Below the pieces are notes generated by a model. The model was not told where the DNA came from. It did not search any database and saw nothing but the letters and a program-made list of their open reading frames with translations. A stretch of DNA of 64,000 bases from Squalus acanthias (taxonomy: Eukaryota). Below, piece by piece: positions 63,863 to 64,000 of this stretch. The translations under genes were made by a program, and so were the position numbers. Positions within the stretch are counted from its first letter, which is position 1. The number at the start of each line of letters is the position of its first letter. The stretch lies in NCBI GenBank assembly GCA_030390025.1, contig CM059432.1:124808001-124872000 (forward strand), written 5' to 3'.

Positions 63863-64000
63863 GGAGGTGCCGTCTTTCAGATGAGATGTTAAACCGAGGC
63901 ACCATCTGTTCTCTCAGGTGGACGTAAAAGATCCCATGGCATTATTTCGAGGAAGCGCATGGGAGTTATCCCGGTGTCCTGGCCAATATTTATCCCTCAA
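63863..64000 (+). mobile_element. SacSINE1-like DeuSINE, 3' part (Deu domain)
   Basis: ggag-gtgccgtctttcagatgagatgttaaaccgagg...gtaaaagatcccatggc...ggtgtcctggccaatatttatccctcaa continues the SINE from 58866. Confidence 0.88.

Overview
This is vertebrate genomic DNA, almost certainly from a shark or other cartilaginous fish (HE1/V-SINE, SacSINE1-like DeuSINE and elasmobranch-type CR1 repeats). The only host gene is the 3' half of TMX3 on the + strand: seven GT-AG exons at 22895-42023, in continuous frame and ending in a KKRD dilysine motif. Its upstream exons were not found in the window. The rest is mostly transposons: many CR1 LINEs (one with an intact 955-aa ORF2), L2 remnants, hAT remnants, MITEs, LF-SINE-like and Deu-SINE copies, and Penelope-type fragments. 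The main find is a 5.0-kb endogenous foamy (spuma) retrovirus at 58867-63862 on the - strand. It has two ~1.14-kb LTRs about 97% identical, a tRNA-Lys1,2 PBS, a 4-bp TSD and foamy-type RNase H/integrase. It lacks most of gag, PR/RT, env and the accessory genes, keeping roughly the parts a foamy vector needs in cis. Also notable: a T-TTA-AAC slippery site joining CR1 ORF1 to an ORF2 with no early AUG, and a perfect 87-bp fold-back Penelope insertion centred on a minimal hammerhead ribozyme. Boundaries of old repeats are approximate, and family names come from recognition, not database searches.
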